Positions 50,038-61,733 are shown, counted from the first letter of the stretch. The stretch is 64,000 nucleotides of DNA from Candidatus Thiodiazotropha sp. (ex Epidulcina cf. delphinae) (GCA_025656505.1 JAHXHR010000003.1:1051-65050); one strand, 5' to 3'. The notes: generated from the letters alone by a model not told the origin. Numbers and translations: made by a program.

Positions 50038-50305
50038 CCTAAAAACCGCAGTTGGACGGGGTGAAGTATGCGCTTGCGGGGGTGCGGGGCAAGGGTCGCT
50101 CCTGCACATCCCTGTGCTTGCGACACTGGTGCATCCCTGCACGGCGCACAACAACGCGGAATCGTCATGCTGTCCCAAGGCGTCGCAAGCGTGCCATTCG
50201 CCCCGTAGCGCGGTTCAGCCGACCGGTGAATAGGCAAAACGAAGTTACGAGTTTGCATATCAGTAGTTCAGTATCGGAATGGAGCGGTCAACTGCGGTTT
50301 TTAGG
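50038..50305. mobile_element. MITE-A full copy (268 bp, TIR CCTAAAAACCGCAGTTG)
   Basis: 17-bp terminal inverted repeats. Occupies the whole gap between the GGDEF-EAL stop (50307) and the kinase ATG (50037). Confidence 0.9.
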
Positions 50306-50306
50306 A

Positions 50307-53153
50307 TCATGCCTCGTGTCTCTGCAGACTGATCTTTTCTGCGGTAAAGTCCAGACAGAATCTTACAAAGTCGTCAACCTTCAACGGACGGCTGTAATAG
50401 TATCCCTGGATATGGTTGCATCCCCGGTCCGTCAACCACTCCAGTTCTTTGGTCCGTTCGACGCCTTCGGCGGTAACCTCCAGTTGTTGGATTCTCGACA
50501 TCGCCAGAATGGTTTCAACAATGGCCGCATTGTGCGGATCGACGTCCACGCCGACAATGAACGAACGGTCGATTTTCAATCGTCCCACCGGCAGCCTTTT
50601 CAAATAGGCAAGGGAGGAAAAACCGGTGCCGAAATCATCGATGGCGAAGCGGATACCCATTTTCTTGGCGGCGTTCATCTTGCCCACCGTCTCTTCGAGA
50701 TCCTCGAGGAGCAGGTTTTCGGTGATCTCCAGCTCGACGCGATGGACCGGAATCCGGAATTCACCCATCAGCGCCTTCAGTCGGGAGAGAAAATCGGCGC
50801 TGCGGAAATGGCGCGGGCTGATATTGATGGCCAGGCACTCCAACCCCTGGCAGGGTGGATCCTTGAGTATCTGTTGCAAAATCGCAAACCCTTCGCGCAA
50901 GGTCCACTCACCGATTTCACTAATCAATCCCAACTCCTCGGCATAGGGGATGAATGCCGAAGGCGCGAGCAGACCGCGTGTAGGATGGCGCCAACGAATC
51001 AATGCCTCCGCGCCGACGATACACTCGTACCGGGCGTCGATCTGGGGTTGCAGGTAGAGTTCCAGTTGGCCTTGCCCGACGGCCATGCGCAACTCCTTGC
51101 CGATCCTCAGCCGATCATTGACCTCCGCCTGCATGCTGGGATGAAAAAAACGTATCGTATTGCGGCCTGCCGCTTTGGCCCGATACATAGCGGTATCCGC
51201 CTGTTTCAACAACTCATCGGCATCCATACCTTCAGCGGGAAAAAGCACAATACCAATACTCGCTGTAGTAACGTATTCGTGCCCATCCAGCAATACCGGC
51301 TGATTGAGGGCCTGACGTATCTTCTCCGCCACGTCGCGCGCAGTCGCGGAAGCCTGATTGGCGTCTCCGGCAAACATCGGCAGCACCACCACGAATTCGT
51401 CGCCGCCGAGACGCGAGACGATATCTTCTTTGCGCAGGGTGCGATTCAGACGCTCCGCGACCCGGCACAGCAGGATGTCTCCGGCCATATGCCCCATGGA
51501 GTCGTTGATATTCTTGAAATTGTCCAGATCCATGAAAAGCAAGGCGCTGTGCTTATTCCGACGCTGCGAAAGCGAGATCATCGTCTCCAACTCGGTGCGT
51601 AACAGCACCCGGTTGGGCAGGTTGGTCAAGTCGTCATACAGGACCCGTCGATGGAACTGTTCCTCGGCAACCCTGCGATCCGTGATATCCCGGGCAATGA
51701 CGATGAACAGGCGTTGCGAATCGATATGGGCCTTGGTCATGTTCAATTCCAGGGGAAAGGACTCCTTGTTGAAACGCTGCGCGGTATATTCTCGGCGGAT
51801 ACTGAGAGGCACGCCGTCAACCCGTGAAAAGCTCTTTTTCATCAAAATCTTGAGCTCATCATGCCCATCCGGCAGCAGGGTCTCCAGCCTGCTCTGGCTG
51901 AACGCCTCCTCGCTACAGACGAACATACGCAAGGTGGCTGAGTTGAAGGACTCGACCCCGCCGCTCGTATCGAATGTCAGAATTGCATCCGGCGCAGTGT
52001 CCATCACGGCCTGCAATCTGGCGCCCAGGTTGTTGGCCGATTCCAGGTTTTCCCGTCTGATCAGCGACAGCCGGGCATAGAGTAGCGAGAAAACCGCCAA
52101 TAACAGGCTGATGCCTGCCCCAACCGTGTATACGATGGCATGGGGGACCGAACCGGCCCGGATTATCTCCTCTTTCAAGATCTGGATCAGCAGTATCCAC
52201 TCCCTGGCCGAAGGGGCTTTTACTCCGTCGTTATCGCCCGCTGGAAAGACCAGTCTTTGAAAAGCGAATAGGTCTCCCTGCCTCTCAAACGCGCCGACAT
52301 CCGATTTCAGCATCTGTCGCCAAACAGCGGGAAACCGATCCTGAAATCTCACCGCTCTCGCTGTCCCCGGATACATGAATCCCCACTCATGGGAAGTCTC
52401 CGACCCCTGCAAATAGTAGCCCTCGGCATTCAGCACCAAGACACTGCCGCCACTTTGGCCGATATGGGCGGAGTGGTACCGCAACAGATCCTGCGCAAGG
52501 AAGTTGAGGATCAGCAAACCGCGTCTCTCCCCCTCGAAAAACACCGGTGAAGCGAGCCGCAGCATGGGTTTGATGGGCTCCTCGATGCGGTTGTTTTCTA
52601 CATTCAGATCCAACGGGGAGACATAGATCTCTCCCCGGTCGAGCTGTATGCCTTCTTTGACGTAGTAACGGTGGGCCTTTGACTGCAGCGTCTCTGCTGA
52701 TTCGACCCGGGCGCCGCTCACGTCATAGTTGATACGCACCCGCTCCATGCCCTGGGTATCGATGAAACGCACCTGATCATAGATACGCTTGCTGGCGGTG
52801 AAGTAAGACCAGGCCGTCTGTAGCATGCCGAGGGAGTCCTCATCTCCGCGGCGGAGCCATGTCATCAGATCCTCATGATCCGCCAGAATCCGCAGATCCT
52901 CGATAATGCCGTTGAGTTCGTACCGCCAGGCATTCTCAATGGCTTGCAGCTCCACCACACTGGCATCCTGAAGCCGATGCACGACCGCTTCGTCCTGCAC
53001 CCGGATCACAAATAAGAGCACGCCCCAGATCAACGACAGCACAGGCAGCAAAATCACCAAGGCGTTTCCGACGATACTCCTGAGGGCAGTGTTTTTTGCA
53101 CCCGTCGCGGCCGACGACTTTATTATTCGCTTGACGAGGGCCTTGAATCTCAT
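50307..53153 (-). CDS. membrane sensor-PAS-GGDEF-EAL protein (c-di-GMP turnover)
   Basis: 948 aa. Periplasmic Cache-like region YDQVRFIDTQGMERVRINY. RLGGDEFVVVL (GGDEF), EALIRW, DDFGTGFSSLAYLKRLPVGRLKIDRSF (EAL). Confidence 0.9.
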   Translation of the reverse strand: MRFKALVKRIIKSSAATGAKNTALRSIVGNALVILLPVLSLIWGVLLFVIRVQDEAVVHRLQDASVVELQAIENAWRYELNGIIEDLRILADHEDLMTWLRRGDEDSLGMLQTAWSYFTASKRIYDQVRFIDTQGMERVRINYDVSGARVESAETLQSKAHRYYVKEGIQLDRGEIYVSPLDLNVENNRIEEPIKPMLRLASPVFFEGERRGLLILNFLAQDLLRYHSAHIGQSGGSVLVLNAEGYYLQGSETSHEWGFMYPGTARAVRFQDRFPAVWRQMLKSDVGAFERQGDLFAFQRLVFPAGDNDGVKAPSAREWILLIQILKEEIIRAGSVPHAIVYTVGAGISLLLAVFSLLYARLSLIRRENLESANNLGARLQAVMDTAPDAILTFDTSGGVESFNSATLRMFVCSEEAFSQSRLETLLPDGHDELKILMKKSFSRVDGVPLSIRREYTAQRFNKESFPLELNMTKAHIDSQRLFIVIARDITDRRVAEEQFHRRVLYDDLTNLPNRVLLRTELETMISLSQRRNKHSALLFMDLDNFKNINDSMGHMAGDILLCRVAERLNRTLRKEDIVSRLGGDEFVVVLPMFAGDANQASATARDVAEKIRQALNQPVLLDGHEYVTTASIGIVLFPAEGMDADELLKQADTAMYRAKAAGRNTIRFFHPSMQAEVNDRLRIGKELRMAVGQGQLELYLQPQIDARYECIVGAEALIRWRHPTRGLLAPSAFIPYAEELGLISEIGEWTLREGFAILQQILKDPPCQGLECLAINISPRHFRSADFLSRLKALMGEFRIPVHRVELEITENLLLEDLEETVGKMNAAKKMGIRFAIDDFGTGFSSLAYLKRLPVGRLKIDRSFIVGVDVDPHNAAIVETILAMSRIQQLEVTAEGVERTKELEWLTDRGCNHIQGYYYSRPLKVDDFVRFCLDFTAEKISLQRHEA

Positions 53154-53588
53154 CGCAACCCACCCGCCCGATACGTCGTCCAGCTCAGCATCGAGACCGG
53201 ATGATGACGCGATTTTCCCCTCATCAGGCCGACGCCTCTAGGCCTCAGGGTTACCGGCGACAGCGGAAAAATCCATCCTCGGCGACATCAGGTCCGGCAA
53301 CAGGATCTGTTGTCGAAACTCCTGTAACAAACGCCCAGCCTCGAAACCGTCGTGTGCGATACGTAGTTCATACGCGGATCGGCTATCGGTGATGGAAGAG
53401 ACGCCCAGTGACAAAGCGGCATCGTCGGGTGCGAATAGTTTGGGTTGCGCCATGGCGGAAGTCCAAATTGCGGCTCCCTGCCTGAAATGAGCTGGAATCA
53501 ATTTAGTTAGATTTAATTCTAGACCAAGTTGTCGCTGTTTTCCTTATTGTTTATATGGTAAATAAATTCCTGAACGGCATCCGACCAC

Positions 53589-53800
53589 CTAGACCGGATG
53601 CTTCACCCGGGAGCGTGATGATCGTGCCGTTCAGGGGCGGATTTACGATTGGGTTAATAGCCTAACCTATTGATGATTAATGAAATACCGCCCCTGAACG
53701 ACGAGATCGGTACGAGGGCGCGTTCAGCGTTGCCGGGTAACACTTTGCACTTTGCTAATATTCTAAATATTACATGTTAAATCAAAAGGTTAATTCACAT
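53589..53800. mobile_element. MITE-D copy lacking one terminal repeat (inverted relative to 43825-44076)
   Basis: Starts with CTAGACCGGATGCTTCACCCGG. The interior is collinear with the reverse complement of 43861-44054. The AT-rich end is truncated by a MITE-A fragment. Confidence 0.8.
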
Positions 53801-53858
53801 TTTTCCTATTCATCGGTCGGCTGAACCACCCTACGGGGCGAATTACACGCTTGCGGTG
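53800..53858. repeat. MITE-A internal fragment overlapping the sufE 3' end
   Basis: TTTTCCTATTCATCGGTCGGCTGAACCACCCTACGGGGCGAATTACACGCTTGCGG versus the reverse complement of 50170-50235. The sufE stop (53843-53845) lies inside it. Confidence 0.7.
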
Positions 53859-54265
53859 GCCCGCTCGATCATTTTTTCCAAGATGGCGTAGATCCCGACA
53901 TGCCGGCTCGGACTCAGGTGCTCTTCGAGATGCAGGCGTTTGAACAGACCATCGACATCCATATTTTGAATCTCGCGTAGCGGACGATTGGAAAGGAGAT
54001 CGATCAACAACGCCAACACGCCCTTGATAATCGCCGTATCGCAATCTCCCACGAACCTGATCAGCACAGGATCATCCGCGACGCGCTGCGCCGCCACATA
54101 CACTCGGCTCATACAGGGCCTGACCCAGTTCTCCTCTGTTTTCAGCTCATCCGGCATCGGCGGCAGATTCTCGCCCAGCTCCCTCAGGTATTGATAGCGC
54201 GCATCCCAATCATCGAGAAATTCGAAAATATCAACAATCTCATTGACGTTACTCATCCTATTCAC
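53843..54265 (-). CDS. sufE: cysteine desulfuration protein SufE
   Basis: 140 aa. ...FLDDWDARYQYLRELG...WVRPCMSRVYV (active Cys context). GTG at 54265 or ATG at 54256. Confidence 0.85.
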   Translation of the reverse strand: MNRMSNVNEIVDIFEFLDDWDARYQYLRELGENLPPMPDELKTEENWVRPCMSRVYVAAQRVADDPVLIRFVGDCDTAIIKGVLALLIDLLSNRPLREIQNMDVDGLFKRLHLEEHLSPSRHVGIYAILEKMIERATASV

Positions 54266-54272
54266 CGATTAC

Positions 54273-54509
54273 CCTAAAAACCGCAGTTGGACGGGGTGAA
54301 GTGTGCGCTTGCGGGGGCGCAGGGCAAGACGCAACGACGCGGAATAGTCATTCTATTCCAAGGAGTTGCAACGCAGCCATGCGCCGCCGCAAGCGTACAA
54401 TTCACCTCGTAGCGTGGTTCACCCGGCAGGTGAATAGGCAACTCGAAGTCAATAGTTTGCATATCAGTAGGTTGGTATCAGGATGGAGCGGTCAACTGCG
54501 GTTTTTAGG
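54273..54509. mobile_element. MITE-A full copy (237 bp)
   Basis: Same 17-bp TIRs. Lies between sufD and sufE. Confidence 0.9.
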
Positions 54510-54535
54510 GTTACAGTAACCCCAACTGCAACATG

Positions 54536-54578
54536 CTAAAAACCGCAGTTGACCGCTCCATTCCGATACTGAACTACT
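54536..54578. repeat. MITE-A right-end fragment overlapping the sufD stop
   Basis: CTAAAAACCGCAGTTGACCGCTCCATTCCGATACTGAACTACT. The sufD TAG (54574-54576) lies inside it. Confidence 0.75.
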
Positions 54579-55878
54579 CTTCCAACCTTTGTCCGATCAC
54601 CTCGCTCAACTGCTCCCTCAGGGGCGCGGATTGAAACCGCTCGACGATTTCGTTGGCAAAACCCAGGCACAACAGTCGCCTCGCCTGACCTTTGTCGAAA
54701 CCCCGGGAGCGTAGATAGAACATGGCTTGCTCATCCAACCTGCCTACACTCGCGCCATGACTGCACTGCACGTCATCGGCATAGATCTGCAACTGCGGCT
54801 TGGTGTCGACCTCGGCCCTGCGGGAGAGCATCAGGTTGGCGTTACTCAAGTGGGCATTGCTTTTCTGCGCCTGTTCGCGCACCTGAATCAGACCGTCGAA
54901 GACCGCTTTCCCCCCGCCATGCAGGATGCCTTTGAAGTTCTCACGGCTGTCGCAGTGCGGCGCCGCATGATCCACGTCGAGGTGAAAATCGGTCAATTGG
55001 CCCTCCCCAGCCAGATAGAGGCCGTCCAGTTCACAGCCGGCGCCGGGGTCGGTGAAGCGGCAGTGAATCCTGGTGCGCGACCAGACGCCGCCGACTGCGG
55101 CATTGATCCCCTGATAATGCGCTTTACCCTGCAGGCCCAGGTGGATGTCACACAGATGGTAGGCCTGAGCGCTCTCCTGTTGTATCCGCTGGTGGACCAG
55201 GCTCGCCCGCTCCGCCAGCGTGATTTCGCACACCAGATTATTGAAATAGGCCGTTTCACCGTCCAACGCCAGATAACGCTCCACCAGATTGGCGGAGGCG
55301 TCCGCTTCCAGCATCACCAAATGGCGGGGGCGCATGGCGCGCCCTGCCGCGCCTTTGCCGGCCAGATGCAACAGTTCGATAGGCTGTTGCACCGTGACGC
55401 CGGCGGAAACGCGAATCACCGCACCATCCTGCAGGGTCGCTAGATTCAGCGCCGCGAAACCATGATCGCCCAAGCCGGAGAGTGAACCCACCGCTTCGAG
55501 CACCTGCCTGTCGCCGACGGCCACGGCCTCGCGCAAACTGCCCACCCTGACCCCCGCCAAGCCGGTATCGGAAAGATCGGCTTGATAGCGACCGTCGACG
55601 AAGACCAGGCGCGCCGCCGTCGGTTCCCTGAGAAACCGGCGCATCACCGCATGCCGGGGAAACGCTTCATCCCTTTCCGTCAACTCAAAACCCCGCTGCA
55701 TCAGACCCTCGATGCCGGTGTAACGCCATGCCTCGGTGCGGGTATGAGGAAAACCGAGTTCCGCAAAACGCCTCGCCGCCGCCTGTCTCCGGCCGGTGAG
55801 CCGATCACCGCCTGCCTCATGCAGGCTGTCGATATAGCGCATCGCTGTCTGCTGATAGTCACGAATCATCTGATTCAT
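54574..55878 (-). CDS. sufD: Fe-S cluster assembly protein SufD
   Basis: 434 aa, between sufC and sufE, with SufBD-family beta-helix pattern. 4-nt overlap with sufC. Confidence 0.85.
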   Translation of the reverse strand: MNQMIRDYQQTAMRYIDSLHEAGGDRLTGRRQAAARRFAELGFPHTRTEAWRYTGIEGLMQRGFELTERDEAFPRHAVMRRFLREPTAARLVFVDGRYQADLSDTGLAGVRVGSLREAVAVGDRQVLEAVGSLSGLGDHGFAALNLATLQDGAVIRVSAGVTVQQPIELLHLAGKGAAGRAMRPRHLVMLEADASANLVERYLALDGETAYFNNLVCEITLAERASLVHQRIQQESAQAYHLCDIHLGLQGKAHYQGINAAVGGVWSRTRIHCRFTDPGAGCELDGLYLAGEGQLTDFHLDVDHAAPHCDSRENFKGILHGGGKAVFDGLIQVREQAQKSNAHLSNANLMLSRRAEVDTKPQLQIYADDVQCSHGASVGRLDEQAMFYLRSRGFDKGQARRLLCLGFANEIVERFQSAPLREQLSEVIGQRLEE

Positions 55879-56627
55879 GCCGCGACCTCTTCCAATAACC
55901 AGCCATAACCCTTCGCCTCCAGCTCCAACGCAAGCTCCTTGCCGCCGGAACGGACGATGCGCCCCCCGGCCAATACATGGACGTGATCAGGCTCGAGATA
56001 GTCGAGCAGGCGTTGATAATGGGTCACCACAATCATCGCCCGATGCGGCGAGCGCAGCCTGTTGACGCCGTCGGCCACGTTGCGCAAGGCATCGATATCC
56101 AGCCCGGAGTCGGTCTCGTCGAGGATCGCCAGGAAAGGTTCAAGGACAGCCATTTGCAGGATCTCGTTGCGCTTCTTTTCACCACCGGAGAACCCCGTAT
56201 TGACCGAGCGTTTCAGCAGCTTCTCATCGAGTTTCACCTGCCTCGCCTTTTCCCGCACCAGCTTCATGAACGAGACCGCATCCATCTCCTCCTCGCCACG
56301 CGACTTGCGAATGGCGTTCATCGACTCTCTGAGGAAGGTCATATTGTTGACCCCTGGGAGTTCCACCGGGTACTGCATGGCGAGAAACACACCCTGTCGA
56401 GCCCGTTCCTCGATCTCCATGCCCAGCAGATCCCGGCCCATATAACGGACTTCGCCGTCAGTCACCGTATAACCGTCGCGTCCCGCCAGAATATGCGCCA
56501 AGGTGCTTTTTCCGGATCCGTTGGGGCCCATCACGGCATGTACTTCCCCCGCCCTGACCTCCAGATCGATGCCTTTCAGAATCGCCTTGCCGTCGACGCC
56601 GGCGCTCAAATGCTTGATCGATAACAT
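55875..56627 (-). CDS. sufC: Fe-S cluster assembly ATPase SufC
   Basis: ATG 56627 (MLSIKHL, as in E. coli SufC) after AGAGG. Walker A GPNGSGKST, signature FSGGEKKRNEILQ, Walker B LAILDETDSGLD. Confidence 0.92.
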   Translation of the reverse strand: MLSIKHLSAGVDGKAILKGIDLEVRAGEVHAVMGPNGSGKSTLAHILAGRDGYTVTDGEVRYMGRDLLGMEIEERARQGVFLAMQYPVELPGVNNMTFLRESMNAIRKSRGEEEMDAVSFMKLVREKARQVKLDEKLLKRSVNTGFSGGEKKRNEILQMAVLEPFLAILDETDSGLDIDALRNVADGVNRLRSPHRAMIVVTHYQRLLDYLEPDHVHVLAGGRIVRSGGKELALELEAKGYGWLLEEVAA

Positions 56628-56709
56628 CGCCACAACCTCTTTAATTTAATCTTGGATTTCGGCGCTCGCTTCGCGCGCATAGCGCACGCATCCAATTCAA
56701 AACCCATAA

Positions 56710-58155
56710 TCATCCAACCGCGCCTTCCAGACTCACGGCGAGCAGCTTCTGCGCCTCGACCGCAAACTCCATGGGCAGTTCGTTGAATACCTGCTTGCAG
56801 AATCCGTTGATGATCATCGACACCGCATCCTCTTGCGAAAGTCCGCGCTGCCGGCAATAGAAAAGCTGGTCCTCGCTCACCTTCGAGGTGGTCGCCTCAT
56901 GCTCCACCCGGGCAGTGGGATTCTTTACCTCGATATAAGGGAAGGTGTGGGCGGCACAGCGATCGCCGATCAGCAGGGAATCGCATTGCGAGTGGTTGCG
57001 GGCGTTCTCGGCCTTGGCCGCCACTCGCACCAAACCGCGATAGGCATTGCTGCCGAACATGGCCGAAATCCCCTTGGAGACAACGGTGCTGCGGCTGTTT
57101 TCACCCAGATGGATCATTTTGGTGCCGGTATCCGCCTGCTGGCGCCCTTTGGTCACCGCCACGGAGTAGAATTCGCCTACCGTATCCCTGCCGCGCAGGA
57201 TACAACCGGGGTATTTCCAGGTTACCGCGGAACCGGTCTCCACCTGGGTCCAGGAGATATGAGAGCGATCACCGCGACACTCTCCCCGCTTGGTGACGAA
57301 GTTATAGATCCCGCCGCGCCCCTCGCTATCGCCCGGATACCAGTTTTGCACGGTGGCGTATTTGATCTGCGCATCCTCCAGCGCCACCAACTCCACCACC
57401 GCTGCATGTAGCTGGTTCTCGTCGCGCATCGGCGCCGTGCAACCTTCCAGATAACTGACCCGGCTGCGCTCCTCGGCGACGATCAGCGTGCGCTCGAACT
57501 GGCCGGTCTTCGCCTCGTTGATGCGGAAGTAGGTAGAAAGCTCCATCGGGCAGTTCACCCCCTTGGGGATATAGACGAAGGTCCCGTCGCTGAAGACCGC
57601 GCTGTTGAGCGCCGCGAAGAAATTATCCTTGTGGGGCACCACCGAACCCATGTACCGCCGCACCAGTTCGGGATATTCACGAATCGCCTCAGACATGGAG
57701 CAGAAAATCACCCCCGCCTCGGCCAGCGTCACGCGGAAGGTAGTGGCTACCGAAACACTGTCAAACACCGCATCCACCGCCACACCGGCCAGGGCCTTCT
57801 GCTCTTCGATGGGGATACCAAGCTTTTCGTAGGTCGCCAGCAACTCGGGGGCGACCTCGTCCAGACTACCCAATTGGGGCCTTTTTTTCGGCGAGGAGAA
57901 GTAGGAGATGGCCTGAAAGTCGATCGGCGGATGCCTGACGGCCGCCCAATTGGGCTCCCGTAGGGTCAGCCAGTGATGATAGGCAGCCAAACGCTTCTCC
58001 AACATCCACGCCGGTTCCTCCTTGCGCGATGAAATGGTGCGAATCACCGCCTCATCCAGGCCCGGCGGCAAGGTATCCGACTCGATTTGAGTCACGAAAC
58101 CCTGCGCGTACCCCTTGCCCATAAGCGCTTCCACTGCGGTATTGGATGAACCCAT
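56710..58155 (-). CDS. sufB: Fe-S cluster assembly scaffold SufB
   Basis: 481 aa with typical SufB pattern (...[31 protein letters not shown]...). Confidence 0.92.
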   Translation of the reverse strand: MGSSNTAVEALMGKGYAQGFVTQIESDTLPPGLDEAVIRTISSRKEEPAWMLEKRLAAYHHWLTLREPNWAAVRHPPIDFQAISYFSSPKKRPQLGSLDEVAPELLATYEKLGIPIEEQKALAGVAVDAVFDSVSVATTFRVTLAEAGVIFCSMSEAIREYPELVRRYMGSVVPHKDNFFAALNSAVFSDGTFVYIPKGVNCPMELSTYFRINEAKTGQFERTLIVAEERSRVSYLEGCTAPMRDENQLHAAVVELVALEDAQIKYATVQNWYPGDSEGRGGIYNFVTKRGECRGDRSHISWTQVETGSAVTWKYPGCILRGRDTVGEFYSVAVTKGRQQADTGTKMIHLGENSRSTVVSKGISAMFGSNAYRGLVRVAAKAENARNHSQCDSLLIGDRCAAHTFPYIEVKNPTARVEHEATTSKVSEDQLFYCRQRGLSQEDAVSMIINGFCKQVFNELPMEFAVEAQKLLAVSLEGAVG

Positions 58156-58176
58156 GATATGACTCCGATTAAATGC

Positions 58177-58257
58177 CTAACCCGTATGGTTCACCTAGGA
58201 ACGTGATGATCGTGCCGAACTCGGTACGGGGGCGCGTTCAGCGTTGCCTGATAACAC
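58177..58257. repeat. MITE-D mini-derivative (degenerate)
   Basis: CTAACCCGTATGGTTCACCTAGGAACGTGATGATCGTGCCG...GGTACGGGGGCGCGTTCAGCGTTGCCTGATAACAC. Starts 22 nt upstream of the sufB ATG. Confidence 0.7.
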
Positions 58258-58538
58258 TATCCGGACGGCCGTAGCATCCGTGGTGAAAGAACCGATCATT
58301 TGCCTGACTTCGGCCATACGACCGATTACCGAAAACCAATAACATACTAATACAGTCAGGTATTAAGATTTGCAAGCGCTTTTCCCAACAGGTTTGCAGG
58401 GATATCATTCCATGCACACATTCAGAAAGTGGCTAATTCCTCTGGATAATCAATGAGTAGGGGAGTAACTCGCTGAATTTGACGTTCCTCTCTACCCCAT
58501 TCGTCCAAGGGTTTTTACGGCGGATCAGAAGCCGAAAG

Positions 58539-59234
58539 TCACTGCTCCAGAATCGATTTCACCCCATCCGAAATCAATCGTTCGTAGTGGAATTTATTCT
58601 TGCCGTCGATAGAGACGCCTAATCCGCTCATCATGGTGAACAGATCATCGATAATAATCTCGGAAATATGCTGCCCGCCGTGAAGGGAGCTCTCCAGATC
58701 GTTGTTCATCGCCAACATGCAGGAAAGGGCGCCGATGACGTTCAGCATATCCTCCTCACCATCCGGGGAAGGCTTCGATATCGCCGTCCCTTCCCCTCCC
58801 GGAGCGGATTGAATGCCATAGCGTTCGCAGACGCGGTTCAGGTCCGACCGGTGGAAACAGAGACTCTTCGGATAATTGTACTCGTTCTCCTCCTTTCCCA
58901 TATCCTTCCCGACAAGCAGTTCATCGTCAAACACCAGAAATTTCTGCAACAGATCCTCCCTCACTTCACCGTTGATAGATAGATGATGATCGATAAGAGC
59001 GCTGCCGCACGTCACCGGCTCACCCTGTTTAAGCTCGTTCACGTCGGCTTGGTAGAGCCTGAGATAGCCATTCACATAGACCCTTTCAAAAGCCCTCTCC
59101 TCCACCTCCACGGAGGCGAATCCCAAGAAGTGGAAGTAAACCTCTTCTATCTCATTCAGGACTTTACCGTCGCCCACATGCTTACAGGCATCATCCCAAG
59201 TAAAGAAAACCTCTTTTTCATTCACGATTGACAT
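58539..59234 (-). CDS. hypothetical protein (231 aa), AT-richer orphan
   Basis: ATG 59234 with AAGGA 6 nt upstream. Acidic, no motif recognised. Confidence 0.6.
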   Translation of the reverse strand: MSIVNEKEVFFTWDDACKHVGDGKVLNEIEEVYFHFLGFASVEVEERAFERVYVNGYLRLYQADVNELKQGEPVTCGSALIDHHLSINGEVREDLLQKFLVFDDELLVGKDMGKEENEYNYPKSLCFHRSDLNRVCERYGIQSAPGGEGTAISKPSPDGEEDMLNVIGALSCMLAMNNDLESSLHGGQHISEIIIDDLFTMMSGLGVSIDGKNKFHYERLISDGVKSILEQ

Positions 59235-59363
59235 GTTGTGTCCTTACCCTATCTCGTACGAATACATGCGGTATTTCCCGGATCCGCTAGTGAAATATTC
59301 TATTCTAAACGCCCGGTGAATTTTGGAACAAGAGAAAATGCGTCGGAATCGGCAAGACCTGAA

Positions 59364-60740
<1,377 letters not shown>

Positions 60741-60756
60741 CAGAGACACCTTTTAC

Positions 60757-61045
60757 CCTAGAATCCTCAGTTGAACGCCGTGAAGAGTGCGTTTGTGGTG
60801 GTGCAGGGCAAGGGTCGCTCCTGCACATCCCTGTGCTTGCGACACTTGTGCATCCCTACACGGCGCACAACGACGCGGAATAGTTGTTCTGTTCCAAGGC
60901 GTTGTAACGCAGTCATGCGCCGCCACAAGCGCGCTATTCACAGCGTAACGCTGCTCATCCGCCAGGTGAGTATTCCCAATACGGAGAAAACCCATGTTTT
61001 CAAAATGATGAGTCGTGTGCATAGTGATCAACTGAGGATTCTAGG
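60757..61045. mobile_element. MITE-A2 (289 bp; MITE-A-like interior, different TIR CCTAGAATCCTCAGTTGA)
   Basis: 18-bp TIRs. The interior GGCAAGGGTCGCTCCTGCACATCCCTGTGCTTGCGACAC... is shared with 50038-50305. Lies 17 nt upstream of the sdaA ATG. Confidence 0.85.
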
Positions 61046-61149
61046 TTTACCCGGTTCGGGACGCCGGGGACTCAATATAACAGAACTTACCCGACCGAAT
61101 GCGGACTACCGGAAACACTGAAAAAATCATCCAACGGACGCAAAGCATT

Positions 61150-61170
61150 TAGACCGGATGTTTCACCCGG
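61150..61170. repeat. MITE-D solo terminal repeat
   Basis: TAGACCGGATGTTTCACCCGG, ending 1 nt before the hemerythrin stop codon. Confidence 0.65.
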
Positions 61171-61171
61171 G

Positions 61172-61615
61172 TTAGAATCTGAGTGCATCGGGCGAGGTTC
61201 TATAACGCTGTTCCACATAGCGGGCAATGGCCTGGTCGCTGTCAATGACGTGATCGATCAACCAATGCTTGAGCGATTTCAGGGTTTCGAGATCGAGTTC
61301 TCTTATCCCCTCCTCGATCTCTCTGATCAGCGCCTGAAGCTCCGCCTGCAACAAGGCATGCTCACGGTGATGACTCACCCGGGCAGGATAGTCATGTTCG
61401 AGCATAAATGCCTCCTCATCCCTGAAATGCCGTCGGGTCTGATCCTGGAGTTTCAACATAAGATCCATCGAATCACTCCCGTTAGCGGATGGCTGTCGGG
61501 GATCTTGCAGCGATGTTGCGACCCGGTTCACCAGATCAACCAGCCCCAGGTGTTGCTGATCGATCCGCCCTATCCCGAGAAACCAGTCATCCCGCCACTC
61601 AAGAAACGCTTTCAT
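61172..61615 (-). CDS. bacteriohemerythrin-like protein
   Basis: 147 aa. Motifs IDQQH, HFRDEE, HHREH, WLIDHVIDSD. Confidence 0.85.
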   Translation of the reverse strand: MKAFLEWRDDWFLGIGRIDQQHLGLVDLVNRVATSLQDPRQPSANGSDSMDLMLKLQDQTRRHFRDEEAFMLEHDYPARVSHHREHALLQAELQALIREIEEGIRELDLETLKSLKHWLIDHVIDSDQAIARYVEQRYRTSPDALRF

Positions 61616-61733
61616 CGATAGGTCCCCGAATCGTCACATCCTAAGTGCTCCTGCTCTCCTCAATATTGCACTTAACCGGCACAAATCAAGCCCAATTACA
61701 GCCGCAAGACGGAAAAACCGGAGAACAGGCCGA

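Noticed and set aside
50034-50258. Related 62-92-aa ORFs inside MITE-A/A2 copies (also 54274..54462 and 60753..61031)
   Set aside because: The similarity is explained by nucleotide repeat identity. Lengths and starts differ between copies and there is no RBS.
50052-51602. 516-aa plus-strand ORF
   Set aside because: It starts inside MITE-A and runs antisense through the EAL/GGDEF domains of the 948-aa gene. No motifs.
53238-53501. 71-87-aa ORF upstream of the GGDEF-EAL gene
   Set aside because: No SD at either candidate start and no motif. It could be leader sequence of the downstream gene.
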